A stretch of DNA of 63,193 nt, taken from positions 10,400 through 73,592 of the forward strand of contig DGKK01000025.1 in the NCBI GenBank assembly GCA_002387725.1, in the 5' to 3' direction. Within the stretch, counting starts at the first letter, position 1; every line of letters starts with the position of its first letter. Positions 19,118 to 28,723 of this stretch are shown here, in pieces. This stretch comes from Nitrospirae bacterium UBA4572. Lineage in GTDB: Bacteria > Nitrospirota > Leptospirillia > Leptospirillales > Leptospirillaceae. A model generated the notes under the pieces. It was not told where the DNA came from, did no database searches, and worked only from the letters and a program-made list of their open reading frames with translations. Made by a program: the position numbers and the translations under genes.

Positions 19118-19192
19118 GGGCGATTAGCTCAGCGGTAGAGCACTGCCTTCACACGGCAGGGGTCACAGGTTCGAAACCTGTATCGCCCACCA
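19118..19192 (+). tRNA. tRNA-Val (anticodon CAC), CCA encoded
   Basis: Hand-folded cloverleaf. Acceptor GGGCGAT/ATCGCCC, D arm GCTC-AGCGGTA-GAGC, anticodon arm CTGCC-TTCACAC-GGCAG, T arm ACAGG-TTCGAAA-CCTGT, discriminator A plus CCA. Confidence 0.9.
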
Positions 19193-19195
19193 TCG

Positions 19196-20062
19196 TTATT
19201 CTTCCCCGTTGATCTCCACACTTCTGACGTCCTTCCAAAGCCAGGGCAATTGTGGAGCATCCTCAAGGCTCCCCACCCGTTTTGTGGTGCAAATCGGAGA
19301 GGTGATTTTTTCCCTTCTTAGGGAGACCGTCTTCTCGTCCGGCTTCTCTGCCAGCATGATTGTGAGCGGCTCGCATGTCTTCTGGCACCAGGCCACGGAG
19401 TCCCGGAAGTATCGATGCGAAGGGGCCCCTCCCCAGAATGAAAAATCCATTCCCAATGGGCCCCGGAGGTCTTCCAGGGGGCGATCAAGTGCAATGGTCA
19501 GGACCTGTTCCAAGGCTGCGACATCATCTTCCGCCCGGTGCCGCGAGTCGTGCCTGACGCCGAGGGATTTTGCCAGGTGTGAGAGCTTATGGTTTTTTTC
19601 CCGGGGAAGGAGGCTTTTGAGGATGGGAACGGTATCGATCCCAGGATTTCCTAATGGCGCCATGTCCCTGCGCATCAATTCCCGATTGATCATTCCCATG
19701 TCGAAGGACAGGTTGTGGGCAATGACGACTTTCCCCTGGAACCGAATTCCATTCTCCATCCAGAATTCCAAAAAGGTGGGGGAATGCTCCACCATGACGT
19801 CGTCGATTCCATGAATGCGGGTATACATTGGCGGGATCGGGGACCCCGGATTGATGAGGGATGTCATCCTTTCCTTAAGTCCGAAAGAATCCCAGACGGA
19901 TATCCCTATCTCGACAATCCGTGCGTCATTTTCGAATAACAGCCCCGTCGTCTCCACATCGACAAACAGAAGGTCTTCCTCGCCCTCATTCTGATGGATT
20001 GTCAGCCCCGGTTCCTTTCCGAATGATGAGTCCCGATCCCACCAGGATATTTTCCTTGTCAT
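19196..20062 (-). CDS. DnaQ/epsilon-like 3'-5' exonuclease with a C-terminal extension
   Basis: 288-aa ORF with Exo I motif LLFVDVETTGL and downstream HNLSFD / H..EDD motifs. The start overlaps the mnmA end by 77 nt and is uncertain. Confidence 0.78.
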   Translation of the reverse strand: MTRKISWWDRDSSFGKEPGLTIHQNEGEEDLLFVDVETTGLLFENDARIVEIGISVWDSFGLKERMTSLINPGSPIPPMYTRIHGIDDVMVEHSPTFLEFWMENGIRFQGKVVIAHNLSFDMGMINRELMRRDMAPLGNPGIDTVPILKSLLPREKNHKLSHLAKSLGVRHDSRHRAEDDVAALEQVLTIALDRPLEDLRGPLGMDFSFWGGAPSHRYFRDSVAWCQKTCEPLTIMLAEKPDEKTVSLRREKITSPICTTKRVGSLEDAPQLPWLWKDVRSVEINGEE

Positions 20063-21104
20063 AGAAAGCCGCTACCTGCCCCTCTACGATGCCATCATGG
20101 GGCCTTTCCAGGCGGAAACGGCCCTCTTCCGCATCCTCGACCCGGCAGGGGACCGGGGACATCGTCGATCTGAACCTCACGAATAGTTCTCCGAGCTTTT
20201 TCCCCTTTTTCTCAAACATCATACCCATGGGGCTTTTGACCGTGAAGGCGGACTCAAACAGGTCGCTTCGGTCGGATAGCCAGAGCTGTCTTTCCTGAAT
20301 GTCGACGGTGTGGACATAGAGTCGTCTTCCCCCGGCCACAGACAATCCCTTCCGCTGCCCTCTGGTGAGTCCAATCCCCGTGGGAATCGTTCCCAGGGCT
20401 TCGCCGGCGATGGTCCGGACAGTCCAGGGGCCCCGGTGATCCTGGTCGATCTCATGGCTGAGAAATTCCGTCACTCTTTTCTCCGAGACGAAACAGACCT
20501 CCTGATTTTCCAAAAGGCCCTCCACAGGAAAGCCTGCCTCCCGGGCCAACTCCCTGACCTGGGGCTTCGACATTCGTCCCACAGGGAAGACGGTATTCTC
20601 CGGGCAAAGATCTGGGGTCCGGCTGAGAAAATAGGACTGGTCCTTGGCAAGGTCATGGGCCATGGCAAGTCCGGAGACGTTGAAGTCTTCCGATCTCTTC
20701 CAGTAGGTGTAATGGCCCGTCGCCACCTTGGGGATTCCGTTTTCTTCTGCCCAACGGCGGAGGAGGGGGAGCTTCACCTTTTCATTGCATGAGGTGCAGG
20801 GGTTCGGCGTTTCTCCGGTCCGGTAAGCGCTCTTGAAGGAGTCGACCACATCAGATTTGAACGCTGATTCGGCATCGACGATGGCATAGGGGATATTCAG
20901 GATTTTCTGGCACAGGTACTCAACCATCGGAACATGGCAACAGGTGCGTTCGCCCCATCCCTTTGAAGCCTCGGATGAGTCCTTTCCCCAGAGGCGAAGG
21001 ATGACCCCCGTGACATCATATCCCTCTTTTTTGAGGAGCCATGCCGATACGGCAGAATCCACACCCCCGCTCATTCCGATGACAATGCTCTTATTTCTTT
21101 TCAT
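19986..21104 (-). CDS. mnmA: tRNA-specific 2-thiouridylase
   Basis: 372-aa ORF. PP-loop IVIGMSGGVDSAVSA with MnmA-typical length and Cys residues. Confidence 0.95.
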   Translation of the reverse strand: MKRNKSIVIGMSGGVDSAVSAWLLKKEGYDVTGVILRLWGKDSSEASKGWGERTCCHVPMVEYLCQKILNIPYAIVDAESAFKSDVVDSFKSAYRTGETPNPCTSCNEKVKLPLLRRWAEENGIPKVATGHYTYWKRSEDFNVSGLAMAHDLAKDQSYFLSRTPDLCPENTVFPVGRMSKPQVRELAREAGFPVEGLLENQEVCFVSEKRVTEFLSHEIDQDHRGPWTVRTIAGEALGTIPTGIGLTRGQRKGLSVAGGRRLYVHTVDIQERQLWLSDRSDLFESAFTVKSPMGMMFEKKGKKLGELFVRFRSTMSPVPCRVEDAEEGRFRLERPHDGIVEGQVAAFYDKENILVGSGLIIRKGTGADNPSE

Positions 21105-21480
21105 CGCCTTCGATTGGCTTTTCCCTGGACACCCCTGTCGTCATCTCACAGGTGCCATTGAAAATCACTCCTTCTTCGATCTGAAGAACCGGGGTCTTGA
21201 TCTCTCCCTTGATATTTGACGGTTTGACAAACTGGATGGCTTCCTGGGCCATGACCTTTCCATTGATGGTCCCCCCGCAGACAATCCGGCCGACATTGAC
21301 CGTTCCTGTAATGACGGCTCCGTCTCCGACAATGAGGGTGTTTTTCGAGTGAATTTCTCCTTCGAGAATGCCGTCGATCCTGACCGTTCCTTCGAATTGA
21401 AGATATCCCCGGAAAAGTGTTTCCTTCCCAAGAAAGGCGATGATGTTCCCCTTTCCGGCGTCTTGCCCGTTATGCTTCAT
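21091..21480 (-). CDS. Bactofilin (DUF583) cytoskeletal protein
   Basis: 129-aa ORF with beta-helical repeat pattern FRGYLQFEGTVRIDGILEGEIHS...VITGTVNVGRIVCGGTINGKV. Its start overlaps the parB stop by 11 nt. Confidence 0.85.
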   Translation of the reverse strand: MKHNGQDAGKGNIIAFLGKETLFRGYLQFEGTVRIDGILEGEIHSKNTLIVGDGAVITGTVNVGRIVCGGTINGKVMAQEAIQFVKPSNIKGEIKTPVLQIEEGVIFNGTCEMTTGVSREKPIEGDEKK

Positions 21481-22336
21481 CGAGTGTTCCTTTTTTTAAA
21501 GAGGCCTTCTCAGACAATTTTGTGATCAAATCCTCGAGTTCGTCCATTCTATTAAAACTGAGCTCGACCTTCCACCCTTTTTTTTCCTTTTTGATTGTGG
21601 CACGGCATTGTAGCGCCGAGCTCAAGACCTGGGAGTTTTCCCCGATCCACTCCTGGACCTTGCTGTCTTTTTCCACTTTTGCTTTGGGGGCCCTTGCAAT
21701 CTGATCCTCCAGCGCCCTGACCGACAATCCCCGGGCGATAACCCTGGCGGTCCATTTTCTCTGCTCCCCGGGCTCCAGGGACGAAAGGATTTTTGCATGG
21801 CCGAAGGAGATGTCACCTTTTCGCAAGGACTCTTTCACGTCGGGATCCATCTCGAGTAGCCGCAAGTAGTTGGCCACCGAAGATCGCTTCATTCCGAGAT
21901 GCTCCGAGATGTTTTCCTGAGTCCAGTCAAACTCCCGGGACAGCCGTTCGAGACCTTCGCCGATTTCGAGGGGGTTGAGATCACTTCTTTTGAGATTCTC
22001 GACCAGGGCAATTTCAAGGAGCTCCTGATCGGTCAGCTCCTTGATGATGGCATCAATGTCCCGCCATCCCAGCCTTTCGGCGGCTCTGAAACGCCGCTCC
22101 CCCGAGACGAGGGTATAAACTCCGTCCCTTTTGACCACGATCACGGGATGGAGGAGCCCGTGTCTTTCGATGGAAAGTGTCAGCTCCTCAAGGGACTCTT
22201 CGGTGAAGGTCTTTCTTGGCTGAAATGGGTTGGGGTGAATCTCCTTCATCGGAATTTTTGATGGAGGTTTCCCCGTTGATGTTTCCTCATCCCCATAGAG
22301 CGAATCGATTCCTCTTCCAAGGCTGATCTTAGCCAT
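21470..22336 (-). CDS. parB: Chromosome partitioning protein ParB/Spo0J
   Basis: 288-aa ORF with ParB box (IVVKRDGVYTLVSGERRFRAAERLG) and an HTH region. Confidence 0.95.
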   Translation of the reverse strand: MAKISLGRGIDSLYGDEETSTGKPPSKIPMKEIHPNPFQPRKTFTEESLEELTLSIERHGLLHPVIVVKRDGVYTLVSGERRFRAAERLGWRDIDAIIKELTDQELLEIALVENLKRSDLNPLEIGEGLERLSREFDWTQENISEHLGMKRSSVANYLRLLEMDPDVKESLRKGDISFGHAKILSSLEPGEQRKWTARVIARGLSVRALEDQIARAPKAKVEKDSKVQEWIGENSQVLSSALQCRATIKKEKKGWKVELSFNRMDELEDLITKLSEKASLKKGTLDEA

Positions 22337-23099
22337 AGGCCAGAATCTCCTTTGCTAATGTCATGTAGGACTGGGCCCCCTTGGAGAGCACATCATAAAG
22401 GACAGCGGGTTTTCCATGGCTGGGTGCCTCGCCGAGGGTGACGTTTCTGGGGATCACGCAGGAAAAGACCTCGTCGGGAAAATGCTTTTTCAATTCCTCG
22501 AGGACCGAGGTCGACAATTTGTTCCTTTTGTCATACATCGTCGGGAGTATTCCCTCAATTTTCAGTCCCGGGTTCCATCTCTGTCGGACGCGTTCCATTG
22601 TCTTGACGAGTTGTCCTAGACCTTCCAGGGCAAAAAACTCACACTGTACCGGGATCAGGACTGAGTTGGCGGCCACGAGGGCATTGAGCGTAATGAAACC
22701 CAAGGAGGGAGGGCAGTCCAAGATGATGTAATCGTAGCCTGAGGTCTCTGGCTGGGTTAGCCTCTCCTTGAGAATGTTGGCCCTCTCGTTGGGGTCGGCC
22801 GCTGCCACTTCCGGCTCAAAGCCCGCCATGGCCACGGAACAGGGAATTGCATCGAGAAAGGGAAGGGCGGTTTTCTTGAGGACCTCGGCCATCGCCTTTT
22901 TTCCCGAGAGGAGTTCATAGGAAGAGCAGGGGGGGAGTCCGGCTGTGAGCCCGAGACCGCTTGAAGTGTTGGATTGAGGATCAAGGTCGATGACGAGAAC
23001 TTTTCTTTCTTCGACGGCCAGAGAGGCCGCAAGATTGATCGTTGTGGTCGTCTTTCCCACTCCGCCTTTTTGATTGGCGATAGCGACTATCTGGGCCAT
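22329..23099 (-). CDS. parA: Chromosome partitioning ATPase ParA/Soj
   Basis: Deviant Walker A IANQKGGVGKTTT. I place the start at ATG 23099 (MAQIVAIANQKGG), preceded by GGAAGGAG, rather than the longer ORF start at 23213. Confidence 0.93.
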   Translation of the reverse strand: MAQIVAIANQKGGVGKTTTTINLAASLAVEERKVLVIDLDPQSNTSSGLGLTAGLPPCSSYELLSGKKAMAEVLKKTALPFLDAIPCSVAMAGFEPEVAAADPNERANILKERLTQPETSGYDYIILDCPPSLGFITLNALVAANSVLIPVQCEFFALEGLGQLVKTMERVRQRWNPGLKIEGILPTMYDKRNKLSTSVLEELKKHFPDEVFSCVIPRNVTLGEAPSHGKPAVLYDVLSKGAQSYMTLAKEILAYG

Positions 23100-23120
23100 T
23101 TTCGTTACTCCTTCCGTGAA

Positions 23121-23136
23121 TGTTCCACGTGGAACA
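23121..23136. promoter_or_regulatory. parS centromere-like site TGTTCCACGTGGAACA
   Basis: Perfect 16-bp palindrome. It differs from the canonical TGTTTCACGTGAAACA only at one symmetric position pair. Located in the 46-bp rsmG-parA spacer. Confidence 0.75.
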
Positions 23137-23145
23137 TTTTGGAAA

Positions 23146-23748
23146 TCAGCCTGAAAATTCAAGGAGAAAAAGGGAAAAGGCGATGTGTTTTTCCCACTCT
23201 CGAATCCCACCATTTATGACACAGGAGAGGAGGGGTTGGCAAGCAAAATGAGGATCTTTTCCAAAGCGGATGAAGAAGGCAGGGGGGGAAAAATGTCGCT
23301 TGACGTTTTTGTCGGAGAGAAAGTCGTTGACCGTGATGGCCTTCATGAAGACGAGAGGAGAAAAGACGGAAGAGTCTATGGAGGGAACAACGGTGACGTT
23401 TGAAAGTGAGAGATGACGTGAAACGTTCTCGAGGAAGATCCTCTTTTTCTGAACTCTTTCCACAAGAAGGTAGGAATGGTCGGGGTCGAGGAGAGCCATG
23501 ACAAGGCCGGGTGAGCCATTGCCTGATCCGAAGTCGATTCGAGGAAGGGAATTCGGGAGACGGCCCTGAAGGTAGTGAAAGGCCAGAATGGGTTCCAGGA
23601 GAAGATGCTCCCGAACCTGCTCCTGTGAGTGATATCCCGTGAGGCGAATGTGGGTGTTCCACTCCAGAAGAAGGGATGTATAGCGGTCGAGTGCAGACAT
23701 CTGCTTGGGGGTCAGGGAGGGGAAGAGTGTCAGGTTGATGGAATTCAT
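23146..23748 (-). CDS. rsmG: 16S rRNA (guanine527-N7)-methyltransferase
   Basis: Start set at ATG 23748 (MNSINLTLF..., 200 aa), which forms an ATGA overlap with the mnmG stop. GidB-like blocks (IDFGSGNGSPGL). Classical mnmG-rsmG order. Confidence 0.9.
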   Translation of the reverse strand: MNSINLTLFPSLTPKQMSALDRYTSLLLEWNTHIRLTGYHSQEQVREHLLLEPILAFHYLQGRLPNSLPRIDFGSGNGSPGLVMALLDPDHSYLLVERVQKKRIFLENVSRHLSLSNVTVVPSIDSSVFSPLVFMKAITVNDFLSDKNVKRHFSPPAFFIRFGKDPHFACQPLLSCVINGGIREWEKHIAFSLFLLEFSG

Positions 23749-25586
23749 GCAGAGGGAGGAAGCTCTTTTGTGAGATAGATTCTGAGAAGATCGATGGCCC
23801 CCGGCGTCATTCCCCGCAAGGAGAGCGCCTGATGGAGGGTGGTGGGACGGGATTTTCGGAGGCGCGTTCGAACCTCGTTGGAGAGGCCCGGAATGTCCCG
23901 ATCGAAAAAGGACGGGGGGATGGGAAGATCTGCCATGCGGTCCCATCGGTCCATGGAGATGCGAACGTACCCTTCATATTTGATCTCCTGCTCCAAGGCG
24001 TCGAGCCAGAGGGGAGGAATCGCGGAAAAATCGATGGCTTGTTCCCGGAGGAGCTGCCGAAGGGTCACGTCGGGAGAGCGAAGACGATGATGGAGGGATT
24101 TTCCTTCCAGACGGGAGGAATGAAGGAGCGCCCTCAGGGAGTTTTGATATTCGATCCGGTCATTGAAGGCTTCAATCTGTTGAGGAGAGAGCAATCCCAG
24201 GGCGAGGGCCTGAGGGGTCATTCTCTCCACCGCATTGTCATTTCGAATGTAGAGACGGTTTTCTGCCCGGCTGGTGAACATCCGGTAGGGTTCATCGATG
24301 CTGTGGGTGACAAGATCATCGACCATGACCCCGATATAGGAGGATTGACGGTCGGGAGTCCATGTGGAAAGTCCTTGCGAATGCCGGGCGGCATTGATTC
24401 CCGCCACAAGACCTTGTCCGGCTGCCTCCTCATATCCCGTCGTTCCGTTGATCTGTCCGGCCAAAAAGAGATTGGGGGTCGATTTGACGGCCAGGGTATG
24501 GTGGAGTTGATCGGGAAAGACAAAATCGTACTCGACCGCATAGCCCGGGCGAAGGATAATGGCGTTTTCAAGTCCCGGAATGGAGGAAAGAATTTGTTCC
24601 TGAACATCGACCGGGAGGCTGGTGGAGATGCCATTCGGGTAGAATTCATCGACATCAAGACCTTCGGGTTCGATAAAGATATGATGGGTTAAATGGTCCG
24701 GAAACTTTACGATTTTATCTTCGATCGAGGGGCAGTACCTCGGTCCGATCCCTCGGATTTTCCCAGAATAAAGGGGAGATCTGTCGAGGTTCTTCTGAAT
24801 GATGTCACGGGTCTCTGGGGTGGTATGTGTCAAATAACACGGAAGAGAGGACCCTCCGAAGAAAAGACCCTCAGGTGGGGGGGAGAGCTGGGAGAAAAAG
24901 GGAAGAGGTTCGTCACCTGGCTGGGGTTCCATCCGGGAGAAATCGAGAGATCGACCATGAAGTCTTGGGGGGGTTCCCGTCTTGAGGCGTCCGAGGGAGA
25001 GGCCGCATTCCTCCGAGAGAAATTGAGAGAGCGAGAGGGATGATCGCTCTCCTCCCCTTCCGCCTGAGGTGGAGGAAAGCCCAATATGAAGCTGGCCATT
25101 CAGGAAGGTTCCTGAGGTGAGAACAAGGGCGTCAAAGAAAATGCGTGATCCGTCGGAGAGGGCGAGAGAGGAAAGGCGATCTCCGGATCTTTCAAGGGAG
25201 ACGACTTCCCCCTGTCGCAGAAAAAGGAGGGGGTGGGAGTCCAAAAGGCGGCGGGCGAGTGTCCGATAACGGTGGCGGTCGCATTGGGCGCGGATGGCCT
25301 GGACGGCTGCTCCCTTCCGGGTATTTAAAACCCGGAGCTGAAGGGCCGATTGATCGGCAAGGGAGCCCATGGCGCCACCCATCGCATCAATTTCTCGGAC
25401 AATATGCCCTTTCCCAATACCTCCAACTGAGGGATTGCAGGACATTTGACCGATGAAATCAAGGTGGAGGGTCAGAAGAAGCGTGCGTGATCCTTGACGA
25501 GCCGAGGCATAGGCGGCCTCGATTCCGGCATGGCCGCCCCCTACAACGACGACATCCCAATGATTCTTTTCACGGTGTTGAGTCAT
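23745..25586 (-). CDS. mnmG: tRNA uridine 5-carboxymethylaminomethyl modification enzyme
   Basis: 613-aa ORF. FAD motif DVVVVGGGHAGIEAA and GidA-typical blocks throughout. Confidence 0.97.
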   Translation of the reverse strand: MTQHREKNHWDVVVVGGGHAGIEAAYASARQGSRTLLLTLHLDFIGQMSCNPSVGGIGKGHIVREIDAMGGAMGSLADQSALQLRVLNTRKGAAVQAIRAQCDRHRYRTLARRLLDSHPLLFLRQGEVVSLERSGDRLSSLALSDGSRIFFDALVLTSGTFLNGQLHIGLSSTSGGRGGERSSLSLSQFLSEECGLSLGRLKTGTPPRLHGRSLDFSRMEPQPGDEPLPFFSQLSPPPEGLFFGGSSLPCYLTHTTPETRDIIQKNLDRSPLYSGKIRGIGPRYCPSIEDKIVKFPDHLTHHIFIEPEGLDVDEFYPNGISTSLPVDVQEQILSSIPGLENAIILRPGYAVEYDFVFPDQLHHTLAVKSTPNLFLAGQINGTTGYEEAAGQGLVAGINAARHSQGLSTWTPDRQSSYIGVMVDDLVTHSIDEPYRMFTSRAENRLYIRNDNAVERMTPQALALGLLSPQQIEAFNDRIEYQNSLRALLHSSRLEGKSLHHRLRSPDVTLRQLLREQAIDFSAIPPLWLDALEQEIKYEGYVRISMDRWDRMADLPIPPSFFDRDIPGLSNEVRTRLRKSRPTTLHQALSLRGMTPGAIDLLRIYLTKELPPSA

Positions 25587-25587
25587 T

Positions 25588-26910
25588 CTATTTTCCTAGG
25601 CAAAAACGGGAAAAAACCCGATCGTAGATTTCCTCTGTGGAAATCATTCCCGTTCCATCTTCCAATAGATTGCGTGCCTCTTCAAGTGATGTGAGGGCCA
25701 GATCGAAGGCGTTGGATCGAAGGGAGTCTTCGGCCCGGGTAATGGCCTTTAAAAAAGAGGAGAGGGCCTGGGCCTGGCGTTCTGAATCCAACAGGGGAGT
25801 CGAGTTGTTGTGGTGCGAGTAAAAGTCTTCGGCAAGAGAAACGAGGGCGTCAAGAAGTTGCCGCAGGCCTTTTCTGGTACGGGCGGAGACGACAAAGTCC
25901 GGAGGCAGGATGGGAGGGGGAGGGGAAAGGTCGACCTTGTTCCAGATCGTAAAATAAGGGGTCCGAGTGGAAAATGGAAGAGGTGCAAGTGTCTCCGGTG
26001 AGGTGACCCAAAGGAGCCGGTCAACATGGGCGATCGTTTTCCGGGCCTTGGAAATTCCCATCCCCTCGATCAGATCATTGGAGGAGCGAAAGCCGGCAGA
26101 GTCCAGAAGAAGAAGGTCTCCAAAGGGAAGGGAGAGGCGTCCTTCGAGGAGATCACGCGTCGTTCCTGGGTAGGGAGAGACGATGGCCCGGTCCGACTGG
26201 AGAAGGCGGTTGAAAAGGGAGGATTTTCCGGAGTTGGGGGGGCCGGCCAGCAAGACAGAGAAAGACGAAAAGACTCGCCTGTTCTTTCGAAAAAGAGAGA
26301 GTTGGTGTCGAGAGAGATGCTGGAGGGTGAGTATCTTGGGAAAAAGGAGGGAGTGGGAATAGGAGTGTTCTGAGTCGGTCAATTCCTCAGGATAGTCAAG
26401 AAAGGCATAAAAGGATGCTAGCAAATCGAGAAAGGCCTCTTTGATCGTGGCAAGAGGATGGTTTTCCGGACGGGAGAAGGAGGAATGGGCCGACAGAAAA
26501 TCCCCATAGGTCGGTGCCGTAATCATCCGGTGGAGAGATTCGGCCTTGAGGAGGGAGATCTTCCCGTTCTTATAGGCCCGCAGGGAAAACTCTCCCGGTT
26601 TTGCCTGTCGGATTCCGCACTCTTCGATGGAATGCAAAATGGATCGGATGTTTTGAGGGTTTCCATGAGCCTGAATCTCAACCACATCTTCGCCGGTAAA
26701 GGAATGAGGCCCGGGAAAAAAAAGGACAAGGACCGAGTCGATCGCCTGTCCCTGCCTTTTTAGTGTCAGGAGAGTCGCTTTTCGAGGAGCCGGGCAGGGG
26801 AGCCCTGGAAAAAGGGGCTGAATCTGTTGCCAGAGATTCAGCCCGGAAAGGCGAAGAATGCCGACGGGCTGGGGAACAAGTGCCGTCACCGGAGCGACGA
26901 TGGAGTCCAT
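25588..26910 (-). CDS. mnmE: tRNA modification GTPase
   Basis: 440-aa ORF. G-domain GPPNSGKSSLFN / DSAG and the C-terminal CxGK tail (FCLGK). Confidence 0.95.
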   Translation of the reverse strand: MDSIVAPVTALVPQPVGILRLSGLNLWQQIQPLFPGLPCPAPRKATLLTLKRQGQAIDSVLVLFFPGPHSFTGEDVVEIQAHGNPQNIRSILHSIEECGIRQAKPGEFSLRAYKNGKISLLKAESLHRMITAPTYGDFLSAHSSFSRPENHPLATIKEAFLDLLASFYAFLDYPEELTDSEHSYSHSLLFPKILTLQHLSRHQLSLFRKNRRVFSSFSVLLAGPPNSGKSSLFNRLLQSDRAIVSPYPGTTRDLLEGRLSLPFGDLLLLDSAGFRSSNDLIEGMGISKARKTIAHVDRLLWVTSPETLAPLPFSTRTPYFTIWNKVDLSPPPPILPPDFVVSARTRKGLRQLLDALVSLAEDFYSHHNNSTPLLDSERQAQALSSFLKAITRAEDSLRSNAFDLALTSLEEARNLLEDGTGMISTEEIYDRVFSRFCLGK

Positions 26911-26933
26911 GTTAGGAACTCTCGAAGGGAGCC

Positions 26934-28487
26934 TTATTTGGCAGGAATTGTTTTGAAGACGTAGCGCATGAGTACATATTGTTGTCCGATGGTCAGAAGA
27001 TTGTTGACGATCCAGTAGAGGACAAGCCCGGATGGAAAATTCAGGAAAAAGAAGGTCATCACAACAGGAAGGAAGAGCATGATCCGTCGTTGCATCGGGT
27101 CCGGAGTCGAGGGTGTGAGCTTGGTTTGGATCACCATGGTGATACCCATGATGATGGGGAAGATGTAATACGGATCCTTGATGGAGAGATCATGAATCCA
27201 GAGAAGGAAGGGGGCCTGTCTCAATTCGACGGTGTTATTCAGAATGTTATAAAGGGCCACGAATACGGGAATTTGGACAATAACCGGAAGGCATCCACCT
27301 AACGGGTTGATGCGGCGTTCCTTGTACAGCTCCATCATGGCCGCATTGAGTTGGGCCTTGTCGTCCTTGTACTTGGCCTGGAGCTTTTTGATCTCAGGCT
27401 GCAGCTGCTGCATTTGATTCATGGAACGAAAGGACATATAGGCCAAGGGAGAAAAAAGGATCTTGATCAGAAGCGTCACGAAAATGATGGCAAATCCATA
27501 ATTTTGCATATGTGTGTAAAGGGTGGAGAGAAAGACGAAAAGAAATTTGGCCAGGAAGCTGACAAGAGTGATCCGTCCAAAAAGAAACCAGCCGAAATCG
27601 ACAGTATCGAGAAGCCCAGGTTCTGCCGACTTCAGGAGGGAGTATCTTTTCGGCTCACCGGTGAGGGTGAGAGAGGCATGGGCATTGTTGAAAGAAAGAC
27701 GTATAAAGGAGTTGGTCTTGTCCTTGATGATTTCCGTGGAGGCCGGAAAGCCCTTCAGGGAAATATAACCGATAAAGTATTTGGTTTCATTCCCGACCCA
27801 GGTGAGGGAGGTGGGAGGAAAGACTTCGGAAATGTCCTTTTTGAACTCATTCATCTTTCCGTCGGGAGTTCCATAAATGGGACCCTGGAATTCCGTTCCG
27901 ATGAATTGGGTTTCATCGGACATCCCGAAATTCAGTCCGGGAAGAAAGACAAGGTGAAGATGGTCAGGATTGTCCACCGACACAGTGACATGATACCCCT
28001 GGGGGGGCAGCGTGTAGGAGAGTGTCACCGGGTGGTTGTTAAAGGAGTAAATAAGGGAAAGGGTGGACGGGCTAGTGACCGAGAGATTATGGGAGGAAAG
28101 GGGGGCCCCATTGTAGGCCATTCGTACAAGCGTTAGAGGAAGCAGCCCATTCTTGTCATGAACGACAAGTCCTCCCCCCATAAATCCCGGCTTTGAACGA
28201 AGGAGATCGATATTCGATTTCTTGTCGGAGGTGAAGTAGGAAAGGAGTTTCCAACCGATCATCGTTCCGGATGTTTCCGAGAAGGAAAGACGGATGTCTT
28301 TGTTGGAAAGCGAAAGAAGGGAAGACTCCATATCGTTGATCATCGGGACAGAGATCAGGTTGGAGGAAATGATTCCCTTGCCATTCGTCGGAGGCGGAGT
28401 TGCTGACTGGTGGGTAGAGAAATAGTAATAGAGGAGAAAGTTAAAGCCCAGGACGATGGCAATGAGGGGAAGCATTTTCTTTAACAT
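26934..28487 (-). CDS. yidC: Membrane protein insertase YidC
   Basis: 517-aa ORF with an N-terminal TM, a large periplasmic domain and the conserved C-terminal 5-TM core (..INPLGGCLPVIVQIPVFVALY..). Confidence 0.95.
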   Translation of the reverse strand: MLKKMLPLIAIVLGFNFLLYYYFSTHQSATPPPTNGKGIISSNLISVPMINDMESSLLSLSNKDIRLSFSETSGTMIGWKLLSYFTSDKKSNIDLLRSKPGFMGGGLVVHDKNGLLPLTLVRMAYNGAPLSSHNLSVTSPSTLSLIYSFNNHPVTLSYTLPPQGYHVTVSVDNPDHLHLVFLPGLNFGMSDETQFIGTEFQGPIYGTPDGKMNEFKKDISEVFPPTSLTWVGNETKYFIGYISLKGFPASTEIIKDKTNSFIRLSFNNAHASLTLTGEPKRYSLLKSAEPGLLDTVDFGWFLFGRITLVSFLAKFLFVFLSTLYTHMQNYGFAIIFVTLLIKILFSPLAYMSFRSMNQMQQLQPEIKKLQAKYKDDKAQLNAAMMELYKERRINPLGGCLPVIVQIPVFVALYNILNNTVELRQAPFLLWIHDLSIKDPYYIFPIIMGITMVIQTKLTPSTPDPMQRRIMLFLPVVMTFFFLNFPSGLVLYWIVNNLLTIGQQYVLMRYVFKTIPAK

Positions 28488-28522
28488 CTACATGGCACTT
28501 TCTTTATTGTGTGTGAGGAAGG

Positions 28523-28723
28523 TCATGGAAAGTCGATGCCACCGGGATGAAAGGGGTGACAGCGCAGAATCCTGAAGATGGATTTAATCAAGGCTCGATG
28601 AAATGGATATTTGTTGAAGGACAGGCGGGCGTATTCAGAGCAGGAAGGATAAAAACGGCAGGATTGGGGGAGGAAAGGAGAGATATACCTCTGATAGAGA
28701 GAAATCAAACCCTGCATCGTCAT
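28523..28723 (-). CDS. yidD: Membrane protein insertion efficiency factor YidD
   Basis: Start set at ATG 28723 ([32 protein letters not shown]..., 66 aa). ATGA overlap with the rnpA stop. Confidence 0.85.
   Translation of the reverse strand: MTMQGLISLYQRYISPFLPQSCRFYPSCSEYARLSFNKYPFHRALIKSIFRILRCHPFHPGGIDFP

Noticed and set aside
23100-23213. N-terminal extensions of the tracked ORFs for parA (to 23213), rsmG (to 23946), yidD (to 28954), pyrF (to 36248), prmA (to 37213), hyfE-like (to 46870), M50 protease (from 50057), lipoprotein (to 57124) and lpxC (from 54823).
   Set aside because: The extensions overlap upstream genes, lack family similarity, and bypass internal starts that have good SD sequences or ATGA/GTGA coupling. 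The shorter forms match typical family lengths.
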